A DNA stretch of 64,000 nucleotides, the filler included, from Stramenopiles sp. TOSAG23-3 (taxonomy: Eukaryota): assembly GCA_900128585.1 (NCBI GenBank). It is 7 parts of 7 records of this genome, joined end to end, with 100 filler letters (N's around TTAATTAATTAA, not from the genome) between each part and the next. Parts side by side here need not be neighbours in the genome. Positions count along the whole stretch, not along the records: positions 9,217 to 18,329 come from LT642953.1; positions 18,430 to 27,537 come from LT642954.1; 5 more parts are not named here. The stretch is one strand, 5' to 3'. Made by a program: the position numbers and the translations under genes. Below are positions 9,217 through 19,125 of this stretch, one piece after another. Under the pieces are notes generated by a model, which was not told where the DNA came from, made no database searches, and saw nothing but the letters and a program-made list of their open reading frames with translations. Numbering within the stretch: position 1 is the stretch's first letter; every line of letters begins with the position of its first letter.

Positions 9217-11313
9217 CCTCGCAAAGTTGATGGCGTAGAAGCGCCCGTCGTAGCAGTAGTGCCCTTGGGTCTCGACGGAGCCGTTGATCTTTATGGCCTC
9301 CCCGTCGCTGATGACGAGGTGGGGCTTCAGGTTGAGCTCCTCGCACGCGGCGCCGTGGAGGGCGTGGAAGTTGGCGTTCTTGTCGAGGAAGACGGAGTTC
9401 GGGTCGTGCGTGTCCTCCCGGCCGTAGACCTGGGTCCGCCCCTCATCGATCGGGGGCATGGACATGACGAAGAACCGGAACCCATTGTAGTCGACCAGGA
9501 CCGACAAGATGATCGAGAGGGGGTGGGTGGCCGCCCCCGAGTCGAAGCCCCGCTGGATGAGGACCTTTTGGTAGGCCCGGGTCGACGCCTCCTGCATCGC
9601 CTTCATGCTTCGCATCTCGTTCCCGGCGATCTTGTGCATGGCCTCCTCGTCCTGAACATTGAGGCGGATGAGGAGGTTCCGGTAGACGTAGGTGAGCTCG
9701 CCCGGCTCGGCGTCGTCCGAGTCGTCCATCTCCATATCGATCGGGGTGATCGACTTCAGGCCGTTCGGGAGGGAGAACTCGTCGATGATGGTCCGGCCCG
9801 CGAGGGTGGCGATCTTTACCATCTTTCGCTGCAGGCGGTGGACGACGAGGCCCTTTTCGATCGCGTCCGCGTACTTCTTCTCCGGCATCTTCAAGGCGGT
9901 CTGGTACAGCTTGTTCCAGTCCTCGGCGTCGTCATCGGAGACGTGCTGGTCGATCCCAAGGGACCGGGCAACCGGGTTGTTCCCCGGCCCAAGGTCGACG
10001 ACGCTGGCGAGGGCGGACTTTCCGACGGCGGTGGAGACCAGGGTGGAGCGCTTCAACCCCATCGCAAGCTTCTCCCGGTCGAGGGTGGCGGCATGGGGGG
10101 ACGCGTGCTGGGTCTCCCAGGACACGCCGTGGTCGGAGAAGTGTTCCCCGTCGATGTGCTTCCCAAGGCCACTCCTTAGCTCTAGGTGCGCGTCCGTCAA
10201 GTGAACGGGGCCCTCCGCGGTGGTCAGCGAATGGCTCTCCGCGGAGAAGTGGGTCTCCAGGACGAACCGTTCGAGCTCGACCAGCTTTACGTAGCCCGTG
10301 CTCTGCGGGTCGCAGGTCGCCTTGCAGGAGGCGACGAGCTCGTCCAGCTCAGACTTGGAGGACGCCAGGGCGGCATCTGTAAATCTATCTTCCAAGCTGT
10401 CGACGGATACTTGGTTCGCGGGGACCTTGCCCCGTTTCGGCTTCGCGGGGGCCTCCTTTGTCTCGGCCTTCTCCTCCTTGATGGGCTCCAGCGTGGCGGG
10501 GGCCAAGGCGCTCTTCGACGGGGCGGACGACTCGGTGTACGACGACACGGTCCCGTCGTCGTCCGTTTCCGTGAACTCGGTCCCGCCGTCCGAATCGTCG
10601 CCCTCAACGTCGTCGTCGTCGTCGTCGTCATCATCCTCCTCCTCGTCCTCCTGATGTGGCAGCGGCGGGGGCGGTTTGTTCCCTTGATCCTGGGAGTAAC
10701 TTCGAATCCGCAGGGCGTCCGGCTGGTTCCGGTTGCTGTTCAGCAGGTTGAGCCAGCGCGTGACCTCCTGCTTGATCGTGCGCTCCCACTCCTCCTGCTC
10801 TTGCAACGACTTGCACTGAAACGCGACGACGGCGTCATCTCTGCCACCCACCTTGATCTGAAACACGTAGCAGTTCGCGTCCGCGACCTTGAGGGCCTTC
10901 TTCGACCGTTCCGAGGGTTCGACGATCCCTGGGTTCTCTAGCTTGAAGACGTCCTTGAAGACGTCAAATTCGGTCGGCTCGGTGGACTTCTCAAAGTACT
11001 CGATTTTCACCCGCTTCTCTTTCTCGTGGGTCAGCCGTACCCATCGCGGGACGAACTTTGATTTCGAGAACATTCCCCCTTTCTTGTACATTTCCAACGG
11101 CCCCTCCTTGATCGTCTTTTCCCCTTTCATTGCCTCGGCCATTTCCTTCATGTCCGCGTCATGCTTCAGCTGGTTTGTTGTGACAATGTTCCTCCCAACC
11201 ACTCTAAACTTGTTCAGTCCTGCCCCACCACCGCCTAGATTCTCCGGCTCAGGAGGAAGCTCTGGGAGGTGATCGTCACCACCCCATGCGCGTGCATGCG
11301 CGTTCAACGCCAT
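9217..11313 (-). CDS. PH-domain plus CLU (clustered mitochondria) domain protein, 3' truncated
   Basis: PH: IKEGPLEMYKKG...FVPRWVRL...FQCKSLQEQEEWERTIK; acidic D/E tract; CLU: DWNKLYQTAL, KIAGNEMRS, VLVDYNGFRF, GHYCYDGRFYAINFAR. Confidence 0.85.
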
Positions 11314-11934
11314 TCGGAAGGGAATAAAGCGAGGGAGGAAGAGAGAGACAGAGAATAGAACACCAACGGCGACTGCAGTAGCGAAAGGAGTAGGAGTAAC
11401 AACACCAAGAGATAAGTAAGAAAACTATAACTAAAACTACAGAAACACGTATGTATCGAATTCTCGTTCTTATGAAATTGAAAGTGTGTACTGACTTCTG
11501 CTACGAACCTTAAAATCGTAAACATGAAACAGTCCTTCCTTCCTTCCTTCCTTCCTTCCTTTCGGATTGGCAATCTATCCGGCCAACCGGATTCGATTCG
11601 ATTGCACTTTTTTTTCTTCTTCTTTTTTTTTTTTTGGCAAAAAAAAGTGAAAAAAGAATCAGTTGTAATTTTGTCCAATGCTATTTCTATATTAATATTT
11701 ATAAAAAAATAAGTTAAACCGATTTGTTGAAAAACGGTTAAGAATTCAATGCTATTTCTATGTATTTAATAAATTTAACTAAAAACTATAGAATAGGAAA
11801 TATGAGTTTCACTACAACTATATATATTCGTAGTCTAATGAAAATGAACTCTTTTCAATAATTTGATTGAATAAATGAATGAATGAATGAATCTCTGCGA
11901 GAAATAAGAAGTTAAGTTAAAAATAACTTGAACC

Positions 11935-14028
11935 TTAATATCTTATACCGATGAATTTATGTTTTCCTTGCTCATGTTTACCTACTTCTGCGGAGTTGTT
12001 CATGATCAACTCTTTTACTAAATTGCCTTTTTCCCAGAGACCGATGGTTTGTGATGGTTCTTCGTCGTTTGGATTGACAAGGATTCCTTTCCCGTGCGGA
12101 TGCCCCCGTCGCCATTGCCCAATGTAGTAATGCCCGGAGTGCCAGATTTGCTTCCCGTTCCCCGATCGGCGACCACGTTGAAACTCCCCGACGTACTGGG
12201 ACCCGTCGTGCCATACAAAGCTTCCCCGGCCGTGCATTCTCGACGTAGCGTCCCATTCGCCAATGTACACGTCCCCCGTCGGCCAGATCCGCGTCCCTTG
12301 GCCGACGATTGCCCCGTGCGACCACTGCCCGCTGTACTGGCCTTGCTCCGTCGCCGTCATGTCGATCTTTCCAACCCCATGGTACTTTCCGTCGCGAAAC
12401 GACCCCGTGTACTCCACCCCATTGAAAAATACCAGCTTGCCGTGGCCATGGAAGACCCCATCGAGGAACGTACCAGAGTACGTGTTCGTCTTCTTCTCTT
12501 GCTCTGGCTTTCGGCGCGGGGTCGTGTTCTTGCGGCGCTTTCCCCCCGTTCGAGGGCTGCTGCGCTTGGCCGCCCCCCCAGCCCCGTTGCCACCCGCCGG
12601 TAACGACTGGACGGCCCACGTCAGTTTCCCCTGGCCCACGATCTTGTCCTCGTAAAACTCCCCTTCGTACGTTCTCGCACCGTTCGGCCAAGCGAGCGTC
12701 CCTTTCCCGTGCATGCGGTTGTCCCTCAGGTCCCCAGAGTACCGGAACGTTTGGGCCGCGCCGTCGTCCATCCCCAAACCACTCAACCGTTCGTCCCCCG
12801 CCGCTACAACAAACACCCGTGTCCCTGGACCGCTGCACCAGCCCCCTTCCCCAAAGCACCCCGTCACCCCCTCCTCGCCACCGATTCCGGACCGTTCCCC
12901 CAACCCGCACGGGGCTCCTCCCGACCATTCCCCCTCAAAGCTTGTCCCATCCTTCCAGTGCGCCGTCCCCCGGCCCTCTGGGTATCCGTTCTTCATCTCG
13001 CCCTCGTACACGGACAAGTCAGGGAGGATCATTTGGCCCGAGACGCACCCCCCACGAACAAAATAGCCTTTGTAAATAATCCCATTGTTCATCTCTAACA
13101 TTCCGTTCCCCAGCCGGTCGTCCTCGCGAAACTCGCCAACGTACCGTTTCCACGCCACTCCCGTGATCGCTTCGCTGTCCTTTCGGTGCCCCTCCGCCCA
13201 CGATGCATCGCCGTCCCCGTGCATGAGCCCCTCGTGCCAGTCCCCGCGATAAATGAACCCATCGGCGGCCCGTCGGAGCGTCCCACGGCCATTCTGCATC
13301 CCGTCCCTCCACTTGCCGTCGTACAGGTCCCCGGTGGCCCACACACGTTTTCCGCTCCCGTGAAACATTCCGTTTCGAAACTCCCCTTTGTAAATGTCCC
13401 CGTTCGCGGAGACGATCTCCCCCCTTCCGTGAAAGAGCCCACGAGCCCATTGCCCTTTGTACGATTCCTTGTTGTCCTCCCCCCACGTCTTTACGCCGAC
13501 GCCCGAGAGCTCCCCGTCGTCGAACGTTCCCACGTACTTTGACCCGTCCTTGAACGTGTACTCGCCTCGACCGTGCATCTTTCCTTTCCGCCACTCCCCG
13601 CGGTAATGGTTTCCGTTCGGGAACGTAAGTTCTACAAAATTATCCCCTTCTATGTTGTTGATGTCCTCCGACCCTATGATTGGCATCGTGTTTCCCCCCA
13701 ACGCTGCTGATGACGGAGGTGGCGGTGGCGGCCGTTGTGCCGGGAGGATCGGTTTGGTCGCTTGTTTTTTCTGCGAAGCTTTCGACTTTGACTTGTTCCG
13801 TCGTTTCGGAACGTTAACAGCCGGGGACAGCACGACCGCGGGGGCGGCGTCGATGGTTGACGGGGGCGCCTTTGCCTGCGCATCTGCTGCCCGCGCGTAC
13901 GACATACCATTCCCTGTCACCTTCGCTCCACGTTTCATCAACCGTTCGACAAACGTTCCACGCTTCGTCCCTGACATTTTACGCAATGACGATGCCCTGG
14001 ACGCCGACGAGGAACGCTTCGTGATCAT
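11935..14028 (-). CDS. MORN-repeat protein
   Basis: Many tandem YxGxW/FxxGxxHGxG repeats (e.g. YRGEWRKGKMHGRG, YKGEFRNGMFHGSG) after a basic, Pro-rich N-terminus. Confidence 0.93.
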   Translation of the reverse strand: MITKRSSSASRASSLRKMSGTKRGTFVERLMKRGAKVTGNGMSYARAADAQAKAPPSTIDAAPAVVLSPAVNVPKRRNKSKSKASQKKQATKPILPAQRPPPPPPSSAALGGNTMPIIGSEDINNIEGDNFVELTFPNGNHYRGEWRKGKMHGRGEYTFKDGSKYVGTFDDGELSGVGVKTWGEDNKESYKGQWARGLFHGRGEIVSANGDIYKGEFRNGMFHGSGKRVWATGDLYDGKWRDGMQNGRGTLRRAADGFIYRGDWHEGLMHGDGDASWAEGHRKDSEAITGVAWKRYVGEFREDDRLGNGMLEMNNGIIYKGYFVRGGCVSGQMILPDLSVYEGEMKNGYPEGRGTAHWKDGTSFEGEWSGGAPCGLGERSGIGGEEGVTGCFGEGGWCSGPGTRVFVVAAGDERLSGLGMDDGAAQTFRYSGDLRDNRMHGKGTLAWPNGARTYEGEFYEDKIVGQGKLTWAVQSLPAGGNGAGGAAKRSSPRTGGKRRKNTTPRRKPEQEKKTNTYSGTFLDGVFHGHGKLVFFNGVEYTGSFRDGKYHGVGKIDMTATEQGQYSGQWSHGAIVGQGTRIWPTGDVYIGEWDATSRMHGRGSFVWHDGSQYVGEFQRGRRSGNGKQIWHSGHYYIGQWRRGHPHGKGILVNPNDEEPSQTIGLWEKGNLVKELIMNNSAEVGKHEQGKHKFIGIRY

Positions 14029-14486
14029 TGCGTATTTTCAATAAATAGAAATTTACAATAAAAACAAACAAGTATAAAATGAAAAGAACGTGTTTACTCT
14101 ATAATTTAATCATGAAATGTAACGTTGAACATAGATAGATGGGAGGAAGAAGAAGGATTTAAATTTAGAAATACAAGTTAAGACAACCAACCGACGACCG
14201 TTATTCTTGAAAAAAAGTGAGTGCGGCGGGCGGCGGGCGGTGGGCGGCGGGCGGTGTTTATAACTATAACTATATATTATTATATATACCAAATTTTGAA
14301 TTATACAACAATATTACAAAATTATTGAATGGAATGGAATGCAACCAACCACTTGATAATCTCGCTTTCATCCAGGTTATTTTTTTCTGTCTGTTATCCT
14401 TTTGTTTTTGTTTTTCCCGTTTGTTTCGTTTACATTAAATACATTTTCTGTGTCTTTGTGGTCATTTGTGGTCTTGGTTGGACGGA

Positions 14487-16436
14487 ATGTTAAAGTTTAC
14501 AAATGAACAAAGCAGGGAGTATTCTATCCTAGTCGATACCGAGGTGGTTGGATCGGGGCATGCATCGATGAAGGGCAAAGCAAAGCCAAAAACAAAACCA
14601 ACGCCCCTTCGTCGTCGCCATTATCGACCGTTTCAAGACATTGCCAGGGTAACGAATTGGCTCTTATGGCGGTCTGGTTTGGAACGCCGGCCTAGTCCCC
14701 GGTCGAATGGTTCGAACGGCCTTCGGTCTTCGAACAATGGACCGAACTCAACGGTGTTCGTGGTCTTACTCCTTGTTCTTGCAATTGCAACCGAAGTCTC
14801 GGCGTCTTTAATAATGACGGTCAATGGCGAATTTTACCGCTCGATCACCTCGTCCGACCGCAAGTTGTTCTTAACGAACCTTCTGTGGGCCCTCGGAGTG
14901 GTGGCAGCGGTCGGAGTGCTGAAAGCGGGGCAGATGGTGTGCAAAGAGATGTGCGCGCTACGGTGGCGCCAACAGCTTGTCCGTTCCACGAGCTTGGAAT
15001 ACTTTTCAAACCGAACGTACTACCGTTGCGAGTACGACAACCCGGACCAACGCATGAGCCAAGACATTGACCGGCTTACGACGGCGTTTTCGGAGCTCCT
15101 TGCGGGATCCGTGATCATCCCTGGGATCATTGCGTACTACACGTACCAGCTCGTGGTCCTGTTCAGCTGGGTCGTTCCCACGGCGTGCTTTGTATTTTTC
15201 GTGGTCGGGTCGTTTGTAAACTGGGTGTGCGTTGGAAGGGTGGTCCCTTACGTGGAAAAGCAAGAACAGCTGGAAGGGAACTTCCGGTTCAACCTGTTCT
15301 GGTTTCGTTCCCACGCAGAATCGATCGCGTTCTACGACGACGGGGCCGTCCCCGCAGAGGGCACGATCTCGGGGCGGACCGGCGATCGGGGCCGGGCGAT
15401 GGACGAGTTCAACGCAGTCGTTCGGAACCGCACACAGGTAATCAAGCTTCACGCCCCTTTATACACGTGCTCGAAACTCTTCGACTACCTCGGTTCGATT
15501 GTAAGCTACGGGGCACTCGGTGGTTACATCCTGTACATGGGCATGGACGGGGAGGACGCGTCCGCCATTGCCGAAAAGGTCAGCAAAGGGACGTTTGCGA
15601 CGCTGTATTTGATCAACGCGTTCACAGGCATCTTCGACATGGGCGCGTACGCTACGCAGGTCGCAGGGCTTGGCCGTCGCATTCGACCCATGATGGGGAC
15701 GACATCGACCGCCGCAAAGGGGCAAGCGGGAAACGCTTGCGCCCGTCCCCAGGGGAAGTGCGGGGTGACAAAAGTGTCGGCGAATGCCGTGACGGTGGAA
15801 CGCCTAACGTGCACGGCCCCAGGTGGCGTGGACGCTAAGGTCCTGTTTCGTGATTTGTCGTTCCACGTGCAGGAGGGGAAGCCGTTGGTCGTCGTGGGGG
15901 CATCAGGGACGGGGAAGACGTCGTTGTTGCGGGTACTGGGCGGCCTGTGGCCGTTTGATTCGGGCACGATCTCAACCCCTGGTCGCATCGGGCGGGGTGG
16001 TATGTTCTTTTTGCCCCAGCGCCCGTACATTCGGCTTGGTACGTTGCGCGACCAATTGATCTACCCCCACGGTCCAATGGACCAGGCGAAACTGGACGAC
16101 GAGCTAATCGAGCTGCTCGAGACCGTCGGGTTGGCCCATCTGATGCACTTTGAGGGCGGGCTGGACGCTACGCAGAATTGGGCAGACATATTGTCAGGTG
16201 GAGAGCAGCAGCGGGTAGGGTTTTGCCGGATGTTCTACCACGAGCCCAAGTTCGGGTTGATGGACGAGAGCACGAGCGCACTGGACGTGGACATGGAACG
16301 AACGTGCATGGAGATGTGCCTGGCCCGGAAGATAACGATGATCAGCATAGGCCACCGGCCCTCACTGGTTCAGTACCACGACCAAAAGCTAACCTTGTCC
16401 AGGGATGGGGGGGCGACGGCGTTCACTGGGTGTTAG
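14487..16436 (+). CDS. ABC transporter subfamily D half-transporter (ABCD4-like)
   Basis: DNPDQRMSQDI, EGNFRF...HAESIAFY (EAA-like), Walker A GASGTGKTS, FLPQRPY, signature LSGGEQQR, Walker B LMDESTSALD, SIGHRPSL. Confidence 0.95.
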   Translation: MLKFTNEQSREYSILVDTEVVGSGHASMKGKAKPKTKPTPLRRRHYRPFQDIARVTNWLLWRSGLERRPSPRSNGSNGLRSSNNGPNSTVFVVLLLVLAIATEVSASLIMTVNGEFYRSITSSDRKLFLTNLLWALGVVAAVGVLKAGQMVCKEMCALRWRQQLVRSTSLEYFSNRTYYRCEYDNPDQRMSQDIDRLTTAFSELLAGSVIIPGIIAYYTYQLVVLFSWVVPTACFVFFVVGSFVNWVCVGRVVPYVEKQEQLEGNFRFNLFWFRSHAESIAFYDDGAVPAEGTISGRTGDRGRAMDEFNAVVRNRTQVIKLHAPLYTCSKLFDYLGSIVSYGALGGYILYMGMDGEDASAIAEKVSKGTFATLYLINAFTGIFDMGAYATQVAGLGRRIRPMMGTTSTAAKGQAGNACARPQGKCGVTKVSANAVTVERLTCTAPGGVDAKVLFRDLSFHVQEGKPLVVVGASGTGKTSLLRVLGGLWPFDSGTISTPGRIGRGGMFFLPQRPYIRLGTLRDQLIYPHGPMDQAKLDDELIELLETVGLAHLMHFEGGLDATQNWADILSGGEQQRVGFCRMFYHEPKFGLMDESTSALDVDMERTCMEMCLARKITMISIGHRPSLVQYHDQKLTLSRDGGATAFTGC

Positions 16437-16562
16437 AACAGGTTTGAGGAGATGATTGGTGTGATCATATATTTAATCGTTTTAAGAATTACACATTACA
16501 CTCACACGTAGGGGCTAAAAGTTCACTCTGATCAATTCCGAATCGAACACACACGTGTACTT

Positions 16563-16797
16563 AAATTGGCTGTTATTTAAAAGTAATTAAAATTTTGGTT
16601 GTTATTTAAAGCAAGAAAATTGACTGTTATTAAAAAACCAAAATATATAGTAAAACTGACTGTTATTTAAGTAATTAAAATTAAATGCACACACTGCGAA
16701 CTGAACTCTACTAAACAATGCGAGGTTTACATTCCTTCATGTACTGCGAACTTATCTTTGCTTTTGTGGTCTTACTAATCGATATACCCTTGTCACT
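16563..16797 (+). repeat. Dispersed repeat, copy 3 (locally reiterated modules)
   Basis: Four variants of AATTGGCTGTTATTTAA, two ACTGCGAAC modules, TTCCTTCATGTACTGCGAACTTATCT (shared with 61525-61550) and ACCCTTGTCACTT. Confidence 0.85.
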
Positions 16798-17080
16798 TTT
16801 GGTAAAAAGAAATTTTTTGACAAAGCAAACAAAGTGAGTACACGATGAAGGTATATATTTTAATTACTTAAATAATAGCTTACATCCAAATTTTTGTTTA
16901 TTATCAAAATGTGATGAGAGTGTTCGCATTTATTGTTTTTTTTTTGACATTTTAGTAGCTTAAATCTTCTCTTGATTTTATATATCATATCTTACCTGAA
17001 GTTATTACTTATATATGCAGTGTTGCAAAGAGCGTGGAAGATGATCTCCTCTTAATTTTACTTTGTACCTGCGCCCGTAG

Positions 17081-17636
17081 CTAGCAACAACTCTTCTGCT
17101 CTCGTTTCTGCCCCCCTGTTGCCAAGTTCTTCCCTTTCCGTGCCGCTGCCCGTGTCTTCTCCTCCGGCAACCGCCGGCTCAGGTCCACAAAGAGCTGGGA
17201 CACGTTGGTATTCTCCTTCGCGCTCGTCTCTACAAAGATGGCCCCGTCCGAATCAAGTGTCGACGCATACTGCCGTGCCGCAGAGGATTCAACCTCCTGC
17301 AATGTTCTCAGGCCCCAATTGCTTCAATTCCTTCACCCAGTTCTGCAGCGTTTGGAACGACGACTTTCGGGTAATATCATATACAACTATAGCGGCCGCT
17401 GCACCACGGTAGTACATTGGTGCAAGGCTATGGTACTTTTCTTGCCCTGCCGTGTCCCATATTTGAAACTTAATGGGTTTATTGTCTACGGTAATGAGCT
17501 TTGACATGAACGATGCCCCGATGGTCGATTCAGAGTAACTTTTAAAACTATTGGTCACGAAACGAAGGACAAGGGACGACTTTCCCACCCCTGTATCACC
17601 CAAAAGGACGACTTTCACTTCACGCGCATCTACCAT
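17081..17636 (-). CDS. RAB22: Rab22/Rab5-family small GTPase, disrupted by a frameshifting deletion of the NKxD region
   Basis: [40 protein letters not shown]-terminal CC. The two halves are in different frames at ~17300 and the ~15 aa VIAIAGNKxDL segment is absent. Confidence 0.9.
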
Positions 17637-18329
17637 AATTACTGGACTGGACTCAACCACGAATATTCGTGTATTTCAAATATTAATAAATACAACAAAT
17701 CAATGGCGGAAGGACACAACGAACGATCGAACGGGCATCGTTACATGCACTTACTAATCACAATGTTTGATCTTTCTTTAAAATCTTTTCAACCCAATCT
17801 TTCTTTCTCTTAATATAATATAAATATACAAAAAACAAATTATTATTATTATTATTTGCTCTCTGAAAAAACTCTTCTTTTATTTTTATTTTCTTCTTTT
17901 TTCGTTTTAAATCTGAAAATTTGAATATTTTCATTAAAGGTTAATATTACATTTAATTGAAACCCTAAAGAATGCATTATTTCAATAGTGATCTTAATTA
18001 AACTTCATCAATAAAAACAACCTACGAACCAAAATACAATATACCTCTCATAACATTAATACTGTAATTATATTAAATAAGTATTATATATGTTGTATCC
18101 ATATTAATGTTTTATAATTTATAAAGTTAATTTTAAAAAGGAGGTTTGCAATCCAATCCAAGGCAAAAAAAAAGTGGGGGGACATTGTTAACATCAATAT
18201 AGCATTGATAAATTTAATTATTATAGCAATAGCATTGAACAAAATGGTTGAGTCTGGATTCTCGTTGAAAAGTTGGTTTTCATCATCGACAAATGAAGAA
18301 ATAGAAAGAAAAGAAAGAAAGCTAGATAG

Positions 18330-18429
18330 NNNNNNNNNNNNNNNNNNNNNNNNNNNNNNNNNNNNNNNNNNNNTTAATTAATTAANNNNNNNNNNNNNNN
18401 NNNNNNNNNNNNNNNNNNNNNNNNNNNNN
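18330..18429. other. Artificial contig linker
   Basis: N44-TTAATTAATTAA-N44. Confidence 0.99.
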
Positions 18430-18616
18430 GGCCACGGGTTGAAATTGAAGAAACAGAATTGCAATCATTGGTCAAATGGAACCGCAAAATGCCATCGGTA
18501 TGGTCGGAAAAACGGGCTGCCTCACCGCTCAGTGGCGTTGAAGAAGAGTAGAAGCGTGCCCTTGTCGTAGCTCCAGGCAGAGCGCGGGTCAGCACGCGAG
18601 AGCAGCGGACGATCAT
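18430..18616 (-). CDS. N-terminal fragment of a probable mitochondrial protein
   Basis: MIVRCSRVLTRALPGATTRARFYSSS is an Arg/Ser-rich, acid-free presequence with an R-x-Y|S cleavage-like site; runs into the gap. Confidence 0.65.
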
Positions 18617-19125
18617 GGCCTGGCAGGCTCAACACTTTGAAAGGATTAACAAACTATTCCGTCAAATAAGTAAGATTTCCTGCGTCAGAAATTTCAGTGT
18701 TCATAAAACAAATCGCTCTTCATCACATGTGTGTGATCAAACCAATTCTTGTTCTTATATTAATTATTATTTTGACTAAATCGATTGTTGTGTATTTAAA
18801 ATTCACACACAAGCCCCTGGCTCCTGGCTCCATGACCCATGCGTACAACACCACAACACACCACAAGTAAATACCAGGTAATAGAAGGGGGGGCGGACGG
18901 ACGGACGGACGGATGGACAGAGTATACGGCGGAATTATAATATCGCGAAGCGATAAAGAAAACCTCCCGAAGAAACATAGTTAGAGTCAGAAGCAGAAGA
19001 AACGACCAAAGGGAAAAAGAAAAACAGAATTGAAACAATGTTTAATGGGTTAAATTGGTAATATTTTGATGACATAGAAAGGGGTAAAAGAATTGTGCAT
19101 CCAGTGTTTGTGCACGGGTAGAGGG

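Noticed and set aside
16563..16680. Reiterated AATTGGCTGTTATTTAA units resembling a CRISPR array
   Set aside because: Degenerate, irregularly spaced, no unique spacers, no cas genes, eukaryotic context.
17297..17336. 40-nt GT-AG intron rescuing the Rab22 frame
   Set aside because: It would delete the conserved [12 protein letters not shown] and still leave NKxD missing.
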